Translations under genes and position numbers: made by a program | Assembly: GCF_000143415.4 (NCBI RefSeq) | Contig: NW_003314264.1 | Span: 1,014,437 to 1,050,629, forward strand | Reading direction: 5' to 3' | Origin: Selaginella moellendorffii | Lineage: Eukaryota; Plantae; Lycopodiophyta | DNA: 36,193 nucleotides | Notes under the pieces: model-generated | The model's database searches: none | What the model was told of the DNA's origin: nothing | The model's input: only the letters and a program-made list of their open reading frames with translations | Part shown: positions 10,730 to 24,401 of the stretch, in pieces | How the letters are laid out: each line of letters opens with the position of its first letter | How positions within the stretch are numbered: the stretch's first letter is position 1

Positions 10730-13700
10730 TTTTTTCTTTTTGGAAAGATGATTTGCAATGAAGTGTTAATTCATTGCTTGTATTCACATTATGTAATCAA
10801 GAGCTCCTATCTTGATGCATGTTAATTATAATGGTATTATAAGTGGTGAGTCATGGGATGGAACGGTGAAGCACTAAACCATTTTAGCTAGGTTTGCTAT
10901 TGGAAAAATTTGGTTACAATACTTAATTCTTTCTGAGTAACCTTACTATTACTCTTTGAGTAGCTTGGTGTTAAATTAGTTTTGAGTTTGGTTGAATAGA
11001 AAGTGGTATGAGCTTGTCCATATTGTGAACAAAAGTTAGTGGTATTGGGTGTTGTAAATCTCGATCAGTGGGGTGTGGTATTTATGTTGCATTTTATCGA
11101 ATAGAGTTAGTATTTGATATTCAAGTAAAATTTTGAAGTAATAATGTAGACTTGCTTATGGTGTTGCTCAATTAATGATCAAGTCATTGTGATTTTTATA
11201 TTATAACCATGTGATAGTGAATAATGTATTTACAAAGTTGCTTAGTTAAATGATGATCAACCCCAAAGTGGTTGATAGGGAGGCTAATTTACTTGCATGT
11301 AATAGCATTAAAGTAACTTTGACTAAGTTTTTAATAGTGATTTGGAATTTGCCCATAAGGTGGTAGAAAAAGTTGTACCATTCATTTGCTATGGCTTATT
11401 GTTTTATCTGTTAACACTTGGAGTAAATTGTTGGATGGAAAAGGTGTGTAGTTGAAGCATTGGCATTGTTAGCACCTGTGTTAGTGGAAGTGACATTATT
11501 ATTTCAAGTGATGAGGAATTTTCCTTAAAACTTAATTTTCCATGTCATTTTTCTTATTAGTGTTTTGGCTTCACATTAGATCTTGAAGGTGGTTAAAGAA
11601 GAGTCTTAGTGCAATGTGGATATCCAAAAAATACGTTATTTGTGATTGAATCTTGGATGTTTATTTTGCATATTGCAAATGTCGATGTTGGATATTAGAA
11701 AAATAGGCAAGGTGCTCAACTTAGACATACTATTAAGTCATGAGAATTTATGTTAAAATGAACCTATGTGAAATTGTTAGTAGGAAGAAGTTGGTTGAGT
11801 CTTGAAAATTTGTATTCCTACGCTTAGAATTATTCTTTCTCTAGGATGGAAAGTTTTCTACAAATTTTTTTAGACTTTTCCAATGGTTGATTTGTTGATC
11901 ATTTTGCTCGAAAACCATTTTGTTTTCGTAAGCTAGTACAAACTAATGAAAAGGTTGGAGTTAACTTTTGTTAGCTTAGACTTTAATATATAATTTGTAT
12001 GATGCAATCCAAAAGAGATGCTAACTTCTTTGGGCTAAAGCAATTGAGTTGAATAGAGTCTAGAATTGGTATAAAAAAGTGGCTATTGCACTTTTCTAAA
12101 ATGGTGACCTTTATACCTTTCTTTTGTAGCATTATGTTTGGTGGCAAGTTGCAATTTGCATTTCATTAAACTCTATGAGAGTAGTAAACTCTCACTGATC
12201 TTGACTTGGTCTTAGTAGCTTTGCACCATAACTGAGGATAGTTATGTTTAGCTTAGTTGTTTGAAGTTAAAATGTTAGTATTTGCACTATAGCTTTGTTT
12301 ATGAGAAGGTTGTGTACCAATATGAGTCTATTTCATAGTCTTCAGTTTAGTTTCAACTAAGTGTTGATTATGCATAATTAGCATCTTCAAGGCATGCTTA
12401 GAGCTATTGGCTAAATGCATTAGCAAGCTTATTGCGATTGACTTGGATTCAAGTGGTCATTTAATTCGTGCTTGTTCATGAACCTTTATATTGTATTTAG
12501 GGTATTATGTTCATTTTGAACAAGTATATGACTCGATGATATGAGTTTAGTGTTTGGGTTTTATAAAGGCAAGTTGTTAGTTGTTTTGCAACTAATGATT
12601 GTTGATAGACTTTGTCAAGGATCATTAACACTTGCTTCGCTTGATGAAAATTTATTAGTGATAGGTTTGCTTTACTAAATGATGTTGTGGAGGATCATGT
12701 TGTTAAACTTGCATAATTTTTCTATATTGGCATATTCCACCTTTGTCAATATTATTTGGTTGCATTTAGTCTATAGTGTTGGATTTCATTGAGTTTTGGA
12801 TGTGGTGAATCACTCCTTGATGATATGTTATCTATAATTGAGTATAGTTGAGGGATTGGTTTCAGATATTGAGTAAAGTATCTTTGACTTTGGTTAACTT
12901 GGTTGCTAAAAAGCTTTGAATGGTGATTCGCTTTTGCTTTTTTTTAATTTTGTTTTGGTGTTAATGGTATTAAAGTGATGCTTGGTCATTAATATTGTTG
13001 ATGTTGAGATTTAAGTAAAATGAAGTGTCTCTTTATAGGATTGATATTGAGTTTTATTAGTCTTAATATAAATACTGTTGATGTTTGGGTGGTAGCTTTG
13101 TATCATTAGTATTCTTGCATTTTCCTAATTAGCAATTATACTGTATAATTTCATTATGCTTGGCTTTTGGATTAATGCAAACATACTCTTATTAGTTTTT
13201 GCATTATGAAAATTAGCTTATAGATATGTTAAGAAGGATATTGTGGGTTGTACCATGATTTCCTTTTTAGTATTGAAGTTATTTCATACTGTGGTTCTTT
13301 GAATTTTATGCTTGTTAGAAGTTGTTAGGGAAGACATTTTAGCTTATTAGCTTCAATATTAAAGTTAGTTTTGACATTTGGCAATCATTAGTGATGATTG
13401 ACTATCATCTAGGATATTTGGTTATCCTTGTCTAAGGTTTTACTTGATTATTATTAATATAAAATGATTTACTATTCTTTAGGATGGTAGGATACTTTCA
13501 ATGATGATTATGTATCTCTTTATTGATTGGATGATTGATGATCTTTCATGATAGTTCATTATTATTTTTAATGGTTTATGGCTCTTCACAATATCACATG
13601 TTCTTGTGGTTTGCTTTGGATTGATCTCTTAGGTTTGAGATATTGATAGAATATTGCTGATGCTTGCTTAAGCAACTTGAGTTTCTTAGTATGGTTGACT

Positions 13701-14100
13701 AAAATCTATTCAAATTGGCTGATGTAATGGTTGGCATGAATGAGTATTTATTTGATTTGTGACATTCATTCTATTTTATTAATTATTGCTATGGTTGGTT
13801 TTGATAGGTTGGATGTTATTTCCTTTAGGCAATACATTCGCAAGCATTTTGCTTGCTAATCGATGATACTTTGTGTTCTTTGAATTTTTTTTTATAAGTT
13901 GTTTAACATGCTATTTACAATCTTTGAAAATTAAGTTTTATCATTAAGTTTTCTTGATGACACACTGTCTATTGAATTTTGTTGGATGGTAAATCCTATG
14001 TTTTCCAATTAAGATGATCTTGATGGTTCTTGTACTCTCATATTAGTTTATCGAATGTTAACTTACTTGGAATACTTTTGTGTTTTACTCTAAGATTTAT
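10730..14100 (-). mobile_element. Highly decayed L1-type LINE (ORF2 remnants)
   Basis: T-run (minus-strand poly-A) at 10730-10742. Minus-strand remnants occur in the expected order: endonuclease NIR* (~14055) and CHQE (~13955), RT KPIT (~12665) and SRSVR (~12200), IRKMTWKI (~11545) and C-x2-C...TTHLF (~11440-11470). Many stops and frameshifts. Confidence 0.55.
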
Positions 14101-14688
14101 TCACTGATAATTAAGTCTCTCAAATATCATTGTCTCTGACTTTGATATTGTCCATCTATTTATCTTTGGGTTTGGGCTAATATAGCCAGATTGGCTTTGG
14201 CACTTCATGTACATGATGAAATCTCTAATCATGGGGTAGTTATTGTTAATTGGTCACATCACTCACCTCTCTCTCGATGTTCCTTATTTTCATTTTATAA
14301 GGCCGTGACCATGTAAACAACTCTAATTGCCTATTTATAGTAATTTATCTAAACTTTACTAACAGGTTTGGTTTCTTTGCTCAAAAGGGTTAAAACCTCT
14401 GGGTTCTCTCTCTATATCCTTGCAGGCAGGGCCATATCACATTTTTGTAAGCTGGGTGACAACCAAAATAGCAAGGGTGGTTAATTCCATTGATTATTTC
14501 CTTGTCAGTGACGGCTAGAAAATGTTTGAGTTAGTAGCACATTCACATTAGAGAAAGAGGTTGCCTTATAACTCATTTAAGTTGGTGCATTTCTCACATA
14601 GTGTGAATATCATTAATTTTTTTTGGAGTTGTTTCCTTGGCAGTGTTCTAGACTAAAGTATGCATCAATGAGGACATCAATTTTCCCT

Positions 14689-17600
14689 AAGGGGGGGTAG
14701 AGTGTTGCAAATGTGACTTTGGGTATTGAAAGCTACTTGTCATTAGTCCTTTCATGTATGCTGGCCGGGATCGCCATGATAATTGTTATACCATTTCTTC
14801 ATTCCTACTTGTACCATATCAAAAGTTAATTAAAACACGAATCACATGAAAGGGACGAACATATGGTAGAATCCCTTNNNNNNNNNNNNNNNNNNNNNNN
14901 NNNNNNNNNNNNNNNNNNNNNNNNNNNNNNNNNNNNNNNNNNNNNNNNNNNNNNNNNNNNNNNNNNNNNNNNNNNNNGACCACTGGGAAACCAAAGCTAG
15001 AGTGAATACTGACCGACAAGCATGGTAACTTGGTGAAGTGTTCAAGAGCCAGCTCTAGTTCCCCTGGGAGATCAAATGGTCGATGCTCCTAGTCCAAGTG
15101 TGGGTGGCACTACCTACTTGGATACCTCAATGGAACCTCGCTCTAAGCCCATGGCTAGATCACCCAAAGGTGAAAGGTGGGGAGAGTACCCAAGAGGCTC
15201 ATATATGGCCATAGTGTTTGGAGATGTTATCCCAAAGTCCCAAACTGTGGAAAGGAAAAGAAGTAGTCCTCTGGTGTGGTGACTAAGGATGCAGTCCTAT
15301 GGTGAGGAAGTCCTAGAGGACAGTGGGACTTAGTGGTCGGGTTTGTGGGCCCTATCTCAGTAGCAGTGTTGGCAAACACGGCTATGGACCGAAATGGGAC
15401 TTGGTGGGGACTGTAAAAGGGATATTGGGGAAGGCTATTCCTCATGTCTGCGAACATCCTAAGGATGCTAAGGAATGGATTTGGGATGACCACTCATAGA
15501 CTGATGACCTAGTCTTTGAGAGATGGGACTGTGATGCTGGTGGTGTTGGACCACCGGTGTGACCAAGGTGAATGGACATGGCCTTAGCGTAACGAGCTAG
15601 TATGTTAGTGGTACTTTGGGGTGTTGGTCATAGGATCGGACATATGGAGCACTTGGACCAAGTGTAAAGGTTGAGCAACATGGATGCCATCCTGGGGGCT
15701 AGCAAGCCCCAAGTCCTAAATTGGACTTATGGAGATTGTGAATGAGACTCCTCCAACTAGTTGGAGGTGTGGTTAAGTGACTAAAGTAGAATGGAAAAAT
15801 TAGTTACTCACAATTTGGTATCGAAGCTATTCCTTAGTCCGACTTTTATTAGTGGCCAAGTATATCACCACTTGGATTGGTATTGGAAGGTCCTAGGTAT
15901 GGACCTATCCTCAAGGAGTAGTATGTCAGGAGGACATGGCTCTCCACTCAAGTTCATGGCATCACGGTTGCTAATAACAACATGCTTGAGCACCCACTTG
16001 ATTCTCCACTCCCAACTAGCATAACCATATTTGATTATGCTCTTCAATTCTTATGGTTTGGTTCTATCCCTTTACTACTTGCTTTGGCTTCATATCTTTC
16101 CTTCGGTTATTCTCCTCTAGACTAGGAGAATAGCTTTGCACTTTTTACCATGCCTTAGTAAGTATTCTTAGGGATGAACCTACCCGATAGCCTAGGGAGT
16201 GGTTCCTCAATTTGGGTATGCTCACCTTATAATCCCACACACCGGGATTAACATTGCTACTTATGGGCCTTTATATGCCTATCACTAGCCTTGCCAAAAT
16301 TTTATTTTTGGCTGTCCAATTTAGGTAAATGGTTTTTTCCCGTCTCCGCAACCTTGGATGTTTGGATAGCACCTTCTATCCATCATTCACTAGGGACCAA
16401 TCTCAACTATATAAGGATAATCTTTTGACTCGTTTATTATTTTGGAGTCTTTATCTTTCCCGTGATCCCAACTATAGTTGTTTACCACAACTATATTAGC
16501 CAGTTTGCTAAGTCAAACGCTCATCTGGATCACATCCTCACTCTCTAAGGAAACCCTTATACTGTTCTCAAGGTCCCAAAGTCGTTTCCTTACTGGCCCT
16601 TTTCCATCCACCACATTGTGCACAAGTTCATACATGGAGAGTCTAATTGTCCATGTTTGACCATATGACAATTAAAAAACTTGTGAAAAGAGAGGCCTTA
16701 GCAAACTAAGAGATAGAGTTCCTCCAAGGTTCCCAAAGACAATTCTAGGTAACTTAGTACCTAGAAAGCTAAGGGTAAATGATTCATAGAACATGCAAAA
16801 TCAAAATGGCACAATAGAAGTGTGGTCTTGAAACTTGCCATGAAGCAATGCTATTAACGTTAGGGAAGTAGTCCTCAAGTGTTCAAAGGGATGGTTTTGA
16901 ATGAAAGTCAATGGTCAAGGACTTTCATGCTTATATATGAAACCATATTACGTTGGTCGGATGACTTGCTAAGCAAGAGTGGCAAGTCTGGGGAACAAAT
17001 CCCCTAGTTGAAGGTGCTAACTTTAAAAGGGGTGGCCCATGGGGCCAAGCATGGAGGAGTTCATACATAATCACAGACTTATCAAGTAAGAGGACTTGGC
17101 AGTGTGGAGGAACTATGTTCCTAAGCTATGATCTATAGCGCATTTTAAATATAAGTTAGTGTACTGGTGTGGGGATTCACGCCAGGCATCCTATGTGATG
17201 TTGCCGTAGATGCATATACGGAGGTTGGGTTCAAGTCCTGACCCTCTAATGCTTGGGTTTGAGTCCCAACTCACTAGGGCGAGGTGATGGTTTGGAATAT
17301 GAGGATACTCATTTTTTGGTGGTCATAGACTCTTAGTAAGGAGACTAACTTGGGCACACTACCAAGCAGGGGATGCACTTAGTGTGGGGGATGCCCTCGG
17401 GGTCATGGTGAACAATTTGTATTACCCTTTCCATCCTTGGCCTCTCACCAATATTCATGAATAGTTTGATATTGAAAGCTCACCATGCCTTACCCATCCT
17501 CTAAGGAGCATAATCTCTCCAACTTAGAGACTCATTCGACCATTTATGGTGGTTCTTTCCTTTTATCAATTTAGTTCTCATTAAACCTATTAAAGACACC

Positions 17601-18700
17601 TTCTCTATCTCAATCTTACTACTCATTCTTAAGTAGTCTTAGTTTCCATCGGCGTTAACACCTAACACATTAGTGTTCTTGGCCTAACTTTGCCATTTGG
17701 ATTCTTTCCCATGATTCCCATGGCTCTTTTCGCTATCATGCACCTTATGTTAGTTCTATTCGGTCTCAATTGCTATTTATGAAAATTGTCTAGGTTTGCT
17801 AATTTGGTATATCTACGGAATGTAGAGATTGTCCTAAATATAATTGTGTTGGTTTTATGTCCAAATTTGTAGTTTAGCACCATTCTATATTTAATAAATT
17901 TTGAGTTAGTCATACAGACCAACTCCTAGTACTAAAGATAAATAAGGGTGAAAACCTAAAGTGTGTGTTCCTCAAGGAGGGGGGGCTATAGGTGGTTCCA
18001 AATGTATAATAGGGATAGTGGGTAAGTTGGGTATGGCTGACTAACCTGAGGCATAGTCTAGCTCCCACTTACATGCCTATCCTTGTTTTGTATCTAGCTT
18101 TGGTCTAAATTTAAATTTCACACCATGTTAGTTTATGGAGCACTCATATCCTTGCATTAGGCCACCAGTATGTTGAAATAGTACCAGACTCCATATCAAA
18201 GCGTGTGTCTCCCAGCAACAGAGGGAGGGGCTGTAGGGGGTTCCAAAAGTATAATAGGGATAGTGAGGTCTAGGAATCAATCTTGAAGGAACTCTCTAGT
18301 GGTGCTTCCAAACTGATTTGAGGTTGTGACTAGGGCCAAGGGGCCTTGGGTGGGAGTGAGCATGGACTCGGGTGGTGCCGGAGGGGCCACCTAAGGAAGT
18401 GTTCAAGAGTAGCTCCCACTCTTGGAAGGGAAATCAATTGCGGTGCTCTTGGCTTATGTGGAGTAATGCCCCATTTAAGTACCTTGTGGCTCATTAGTCC
18501 TCACCCTTCCTAGGGGCTTGGGCTTTCCCCTCAGGATGGAAGTGGGGGAGTACAGGTACCCATACCGGGCCGTTAGGCCATGGTGTTTCCCCTTGGTGTC
18601 CCGAAGCAAGTGTTGCACCTAAGGCTTGGGATTTAGAGGGTCCCATGATCAAGTTTTGTTGTACCAAGGGATGTTAAAAACCTAGAAGCTTGGTGCGTTT
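14689..18700 (+). mobile_element. Old Gypsy LTR retrotransposon remnants (boundaries approximate)
   Basis: PPT aagggggggtagag followed by TGTTGC at 14703. LTR end ctcaca followed by Met-type PBS tggtatcgaagc (~15816). PPT plus LTR start occurs twice (~17974-18022 and 18221-18270). Diverged LTR homology between ~15036-15220 and ~18396-18590 (gaagtgttcaagag). Confidence 0.6.
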
Positions 18701-19130
18701 GGCTACTTTTGTCTGTAAGGAATGTAGTTGAACTTTAAATTTAGTCTAACTTATAGAGGTTGATTGGGAGAGATTTGGGAAGCCATGGATGGATGGTTAA
18801 TGCTCTGTTGCTCGTACAGTGAATAGTTGAAACCAAGTAGGACCAAGTAAGAGCTGGTACAATAGGTAGGAACTTTGACAAGGGAACTTAACTAAGTCCA
18901 AGGTAGTGTTGGTCAGATAGATAAGGTAAGCTGGCAAATTGGAAAGGAAAATTTTATGGTTTACACAAAGCCCTAAAACTTGACATAGCATGTGACACAT
19001 GGCATATAGAAGGTTTAGGTTCTGGAAGCATTTTGGAACGCAAATCATTGCAATTATAGCAATAAATTGGAATCCTTGAAGGAAAGGTAATAGTAGTACT
19101 TTCTTTCTGTGAGCACACAGTCTTGTGCAG

Positions 19131-20250
19131 TGCTGGGCCTCTTCCACGGCATGAACTTGGAAGGGATCAAGCCCGATGACATGAGCTTTCTAGGAGTTCA
19201 AAGTGCCTGCTCAAGCACCAAGTGCTTGTGATCGTGCAAGCGGATCCACTTGCAGTTGGAGCTTGCTGCAGTGCACTCTCCTCCAGATTTGAGTGTGGAG
19301 AACTCACTTGTCACTGCCTACGCCAAGTGTGGAGATCTAGAGGCAGCCAAGAGGGTTTTTCAGAGAATCCCAGGCAAGAACGTTGTGTCCTGGATGGCCA
19401 CCTTATGCTCACTGCTTACACCTTTTATGGCAATGGATCCAAAGCTCTCGAGGTCTACGACAAGATGGTTGGGCAGTTGATCCAGCCGGACAGCATGGTG
19501 CTGCTCAATGTAATCGACGCTGAATCACTGGTCAGGGACGTCGGCCTTGTGAGAAACCTCCACGCTTGTGTTGCTTCCTCCAGCTTCATACTCAAGATCC
19601 AGATCCAGAATGCCCTCATCAACATGTACGCGCAGTGCGGCAGCCTGGAGGAGGCAAGGCAGGTGTTTGATGGGACCGAGAGGAAGAACTTGGTGTCCTG
19701 GAATGTGATGGTGGGATCTTATGTGCAGCACAGATACGATGAGGAAGTGATCGCATTGTTCTTGGACATGAAGGCTGGGAACTCAAGGACCATGGAGTCA
19801 GGCTTCAGGAGCTTGGTCTCTGCGAGCTCGGACTCTAGTTTGTACACAAAAAGTGTGAAGAGCTCGGACTCCACTAACACCTTGGCCTCCAGCATCTCGG
19901 ACTCCATTCTAAATCCCAATTGCATCATGGCCGTCATTCTCCTGTGTGCCGGCCTGGGCAAGCTTGCTGAGGGGCAGCACATACACACCGAGCTGTGTGC
20001 CGCGAATCCAGAGATTCTTGAAGGATCCATGACCAACGTCACCCTGGGCAACGTGCTGCAGCAGCATGGGAGATGCTGCCACTGCCGTCCACCGCATGAG
20101 AGCCCACGACATGGTGACGTGGAGTTCCCTTTTGGCGGGATACACCCACCACGGCCACGCTGAATATGCCATCCTCCTCCACCACGACATGCACCTCGAG
20201 GGTGTCCAGCCCGACAGCATCACCTACATCAGCATCCTCAACGCGCAGCC
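19131..20250 (+). pseudogene. PLS-class PPR pseudogene fragment (GC-rich)
   Basis: GLFHGMNLEGIKPDD, NSLVTAYAKCGDLEAAKRVF, NALINMYAQCGSLEEARQVF and DMVTWSSLLAGY, split across frames. Confidence 0.9.
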
Positions 20251-20325
20251 ATGCCGGCCTGCTCGACCACACAAAATAGTATTTAAAGTTCATCACATGG
20301 ATTGTAGTGAAAAAAACGTAAAAAC

Positions 20326-21513
20326 TTATCTTGAAACAAGCGCCTCCTTTTTATTTAAATCATCATCACAAGCATTTACAAAGCTTTGGAACGTTGGAGA
20401 AATCCCGGGACTCTTTTCCTCGAGCTGGATCACCGTGTCCAATCCTTCCACCCATTGATTTCTTCTGTAAGCCTTGGCAATCTCTTCCGCCACCACCAGC
20501 GATGCCAGACTCATCTCCCTGGCTAGCATCTCCCCCACACAGTGCTGGAGCTCGTCGAGACGATCCAGCCGTGAGTATCCAACGAGCAATGCGTTGTAGC
20601 TCTCCTCACTAAGTTCCTCCTCCTCCTCCACCATTTCCCCGTGTGTCTTGTCAAAATCCTCTGGCATTCCCATCTTCAAGTAGCCGCAGAGGAGAGTGTT
20701 GTAAGTCATGGTGTGGGATGAAAGCTTGAGCACTCGCTGTTGCCCAGGAGATTTGCGAGGCCTGGCGAGTCGCCCAGCCTCGCAAACATGGCGATGAGGA
20801 TGTAGTACGTGACTGCATTTGGCGAGCACCCCTTGCGGAAGGCTTTCATCTGTTCGAGGATGGAGAGTGCGGTTTGAGCATCACCTTTCTTGGCGTAGGC
20901 GAGGATGAGAGCGTTGCAGCACCTCGTTGATTGCTTGAGCCCCTTTCCTTTGAGATCGTCGAACCAGATTCGTGCTAGCCTCAGGCTCCCAATGACTCCG
21001 GCGTAAGAGATCATCGTCACGTAGAGCTGCTCGAGCTGCGGTCTTTTGGCCGATAGTAGGACCATTGGATTGTTCGTGAGCCATGTAAAAACCTGGCACA
21101 ATCGTGATATAAGAACACGATGGATGGAGAGGACGAAACAATAAAGAATGTCACCGACAAGATCAGACTTGATCAGGCATGACAGATACAAGCACGGAAA
21201 CAATGAGAAAAGCAAAAGAAATCCCGACCAACAACGCCAAAGTTTGATGGCAAGAAAAGCATGAAACTCATAAGCAAAGCTGGAAGAACAGCCACGAAGA
21301 ACATAGCAAATCAAAAGAAACTAGAAAATAAGAGAAAAAATCTAAGATTCTTGCGTACCTCTAAACTGCCCCTCCCAGCATAGGAATCCAGAATCTCTAG
21401 AAATCTCTCACGTAGCTCTTCTTGTCCAAGATCACCTCGCGCGCCCCCATGGACAAAGTTTTCTCGAGCTGCATTCTCATGAGCCCGCCATAATATCCTG
21501 GATTCAGCCGCTT
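20326..21513 (-). pseudogene. P-class PPR pseudogene with probable intron 21093-21358
   Basis: CCNALILAYAKKGDAQTALSILEQM, PNAVTYYILIAMF, TYNTLLCGY and SYNALLVGY. The GT..AG splice gives GSLE|VFTWL. Frameshift near 20750. Confidence 0.8.
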
Positions 21514-21519
21514 AATTGT

Positions 21520-21993
21520 GTCATCCATGAGATAATAAGATCAAATGACATATTATAAATTATAAATACATACGATTAGCTCCACCTAAAATATCTACCA
21601 TACAATTATAATGCATAATAGTCCCATATTGAAAAATTAATTTAAAATACATTATTGCTTTGTTTACCATCCCTGCATGACTACATACCTGGATGATATT
21701 AATAAAAGTTACATCATTCACAAGTTTTTTATCAGTATTTAACATCTCCCAAAATAATCTAAATGTTTGAGATACATTTCCAGAGCAACTATACCCTGCA
21801 ATTAAGGCAGTCCATTCAACTGTACTAGGACAATGTAAATTATTGAATAACTCCAATGCTACATATATTTTACCACATTTACCATAAAGATTTATAAGGG
21901 TAGTCCCAATGTGGTAATCTTGTTCCAACCCCATTTGAGAAATTGTCTGATGAATATGCTACCCTTAGGCAAGGCACACAATCTTGTGCATGC
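21520..21993 (-). pseudogene. PLS-class PPR fragment (AT-rich)
   Basis: GTTLINLYGKCG, EWTALIAGY, VTFINIIQVCSHAGMV and HYNCMVDILG. Confidence 0.85.
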
Positions 21994-21995
21994 CT

Positions 21996-22686
21996 AACAT
22001 TTATTTATTTACTTACTGCTTGCTGCTATAAAGAAAATTAGTTGAGAAGGGTAAAATATATTTTAAATGCATGTCTAAATATAAAATAATTTCCAATGAT
22101 AAACACTATATTTGTATGGTAAATATGTTAGCTCAAAATAATCACATGGAAGAAGCAAAATGGTTTATTTATAACATCTCATTCAAAAATATTGAAAAAA
22201 TGTTTTCGGCTTGGGAGGCACTATTTGTAGGGAACACACAAATTCTGAGAATTTTAAAGTGGCTCAGTTAGCATTTAAAGTTACTGTAAAAGCTGATAAA
22301 ACTGATGCATCTGCTTATGTTATGATGCATGATATTTATGAAACATTAAGTATGTTCAAAGAAAAGCAAGGGACAGAACGTGAAAGGAAAGAACAAAAGG
22401 CATTGAAAAACAAAGGAGTAAGTTTCTGGAGTGATGATAATGGCAAAGTACATGAATTTTGGCCAGATTTGAGATGTGGAAATAAGGAAAATAAGTTGAC
22501 AGAGTATGGAGGTTGTATGCTTTTGGGCATACTAAACCTGAGAAAGTAATTATCATAAAATTCATTAGAATGTGTATCAATTGCCATGATGCAACTAGAG
22601 ATCTTTCTCAGCAAAGGAAAGGCATAATCACAGTCAACAGTTGTCACTTTTTCCAGAATGGTAAGTGTACATGTGAGTGATATGTA
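21996..22686 (+). pseudogene. PPR L2/S2-E-DYW deaminase pseudogene fragment
   Basis: TFIYLLTACC, HYICMVNML, ASAYVMMHDIY, PG-box-like KGVSFWSDDNGKVHEF, IRMCINCHDAT and HFFQNGKCTC. The HxE motif is missing and there are frameshifts. Confidence 0.8.
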
Positions 22687-23727
22687 ACACCTAAACAGTT
22701 TAAATTATATAATAATACAGAGTTTACAGGACGTGGGGAGGTATCAATACACAGCCAGTACTCAACTGCAAATATAAAGAAATTTGAACATGCATTTAAA
22801 AAGTAATAACACTATCAGATATCAGAACATAGTAAAGCACACTTGTGTAGCAATCAGAGTCAAACATTTCAAAGAAGCAGCTAGTCAGACCATGCTATCA
22901 TTGTTATGATGGAGCAGCTCCGTTCTGTAGCACTGCTTGCAATTGTTCATTGAAGAAGGAAGAAGAAGAGTTGCTTCGGTATGAGATAAATACTTGAAAG
23001 CAGCTTTGAAACATTGTGGAATTTCTACTCAGGAAATGGATGCAACTTGCAATGTTTAAAAAGGAACACGCAGAGACTTGCCGCTAGCTGGAAATATATT
23101 GATGTTGGCAGATTTGTGATGTTGTTTGTTGTGCTGTATTCTACCTCGAACTTAACTCTACAAAGACCTCACCACCATTCAACCAACGACAGTTGTTGGA
23201 TCAATAGATTATTAGAGCTTATACTTATAAATATTATGGAGTTAAAGTTCTATACAAATACTAGCAATTGCCTAGCAAATGTTGGGTGGTTGGCAAATTT
23301 GATGCCATTTCACGAGGTTTGCTGAGCTTAGCTATGTTTGCTGTTTGATCAACTCCACAATTGAAAGACATTCTCTTGACCAAACATGTTATCTGTAATC
23401 ATAAAATAGTAATGCATTTACCATACTTGATTGTTGTCTAAACTCCTCAAATCCAGATTTCCTATGCTGGAATTTATGAACTCTGCTCATGAGCATTACA
23501 TAAGCTAGATTAAATCACTGTTTAGTTGCATTCCTCTATTTTGAATGCAAAGAGCCCAAAGAATACTTCCAAGTCCATCTTTGGTTCAGATGTTGCTACT
23601 TGCTCCACAGCCCACTAAAGAGATTCCTCCTTGGATGAGCCAGAAACCATTATGCTACAATGAGAGTTGCACTCAGGAAGCAACAGGATGAAAATTATAC
23701 CTCTACCATTAGCAACTCAATAACAAC

Positions 23728-24401
23728 TGTAGCGCACCTTATCTCTCTCCCCTTAAGCCAACTAGAAAAGGGGTAATTGCTTGATGAGAGAGCCCTTAGT
23801 GGCTATTTTATCCCCATTTATCTCCCAAGGTTTCAAAGATCTACGGTGACAGTATATCCAAATCTCATCCCATGATCACATGCGCTACACTCACCCCCCC
23901 TTCAGAGATGTCAATGTCCTCATTGACTATTGACTAACAACCCCTACTGAGCTAAGGGGAACCAACACCTCCATTTCCGCACTCAATCTACCAATCCTTC
24001 CATTGTGTAGACTAACTATTCCATGTGAGGCAACTAGTCATCTACCCGTACCGCAGTCCCACGATGGATACCTTCGTCTTTGGATACTCCACACAAGAGG
24101 AAGGACGTACGCATGGATGCCCAATACATACGATTTCAAATTTAAGGGTAGGAATATACCTTGCTCAAGGGTATATTATACTTTTAAGTAGCCACTAATT
24201 AATGGGAATCGAACCCGTGCCATTTGCTCCGATACCAACTATAGCGCACCTTATCTCTCTCCCCTTAAGCCAATTAGAAAAGGGGCAATTGCTTGATGAG
24301 AGAGCCCTTAGTGGCTATTTTATCCCTATTTATCTCCCAAGGTTCCAAGGATCCACGGTGACAGTATATCCAAATCTCATCCCATGATCACATGCGCTAC
24401 A
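23728..24401 (-). mobile_element. TRIM (terminal-repeat retrotransposon in miniature), 674 bp, non-coding
   Basis: 162-bp direct repeats at 23728-23889 and 24240-24401 (TGTAGCGC...GCGCTACA). Minus-strand tRNA-Met PBS tggtatcggagc (24226-24237) and PPT gaagggggggtgag (~23890-23903). Degenerate TSD acaac/atagc. Confidence 0.9.

Noticed and set aside
22700-23700. Short ORFs and a possible Helitron 3' terminus
   Set aside because: No recognisable domain and no convincing hairpin-CTRR found by eye.
24200-24240. Possible tRNA gene
   Set aside because: Only a T-loop motif and a PBS; no cloverleaf could be built.
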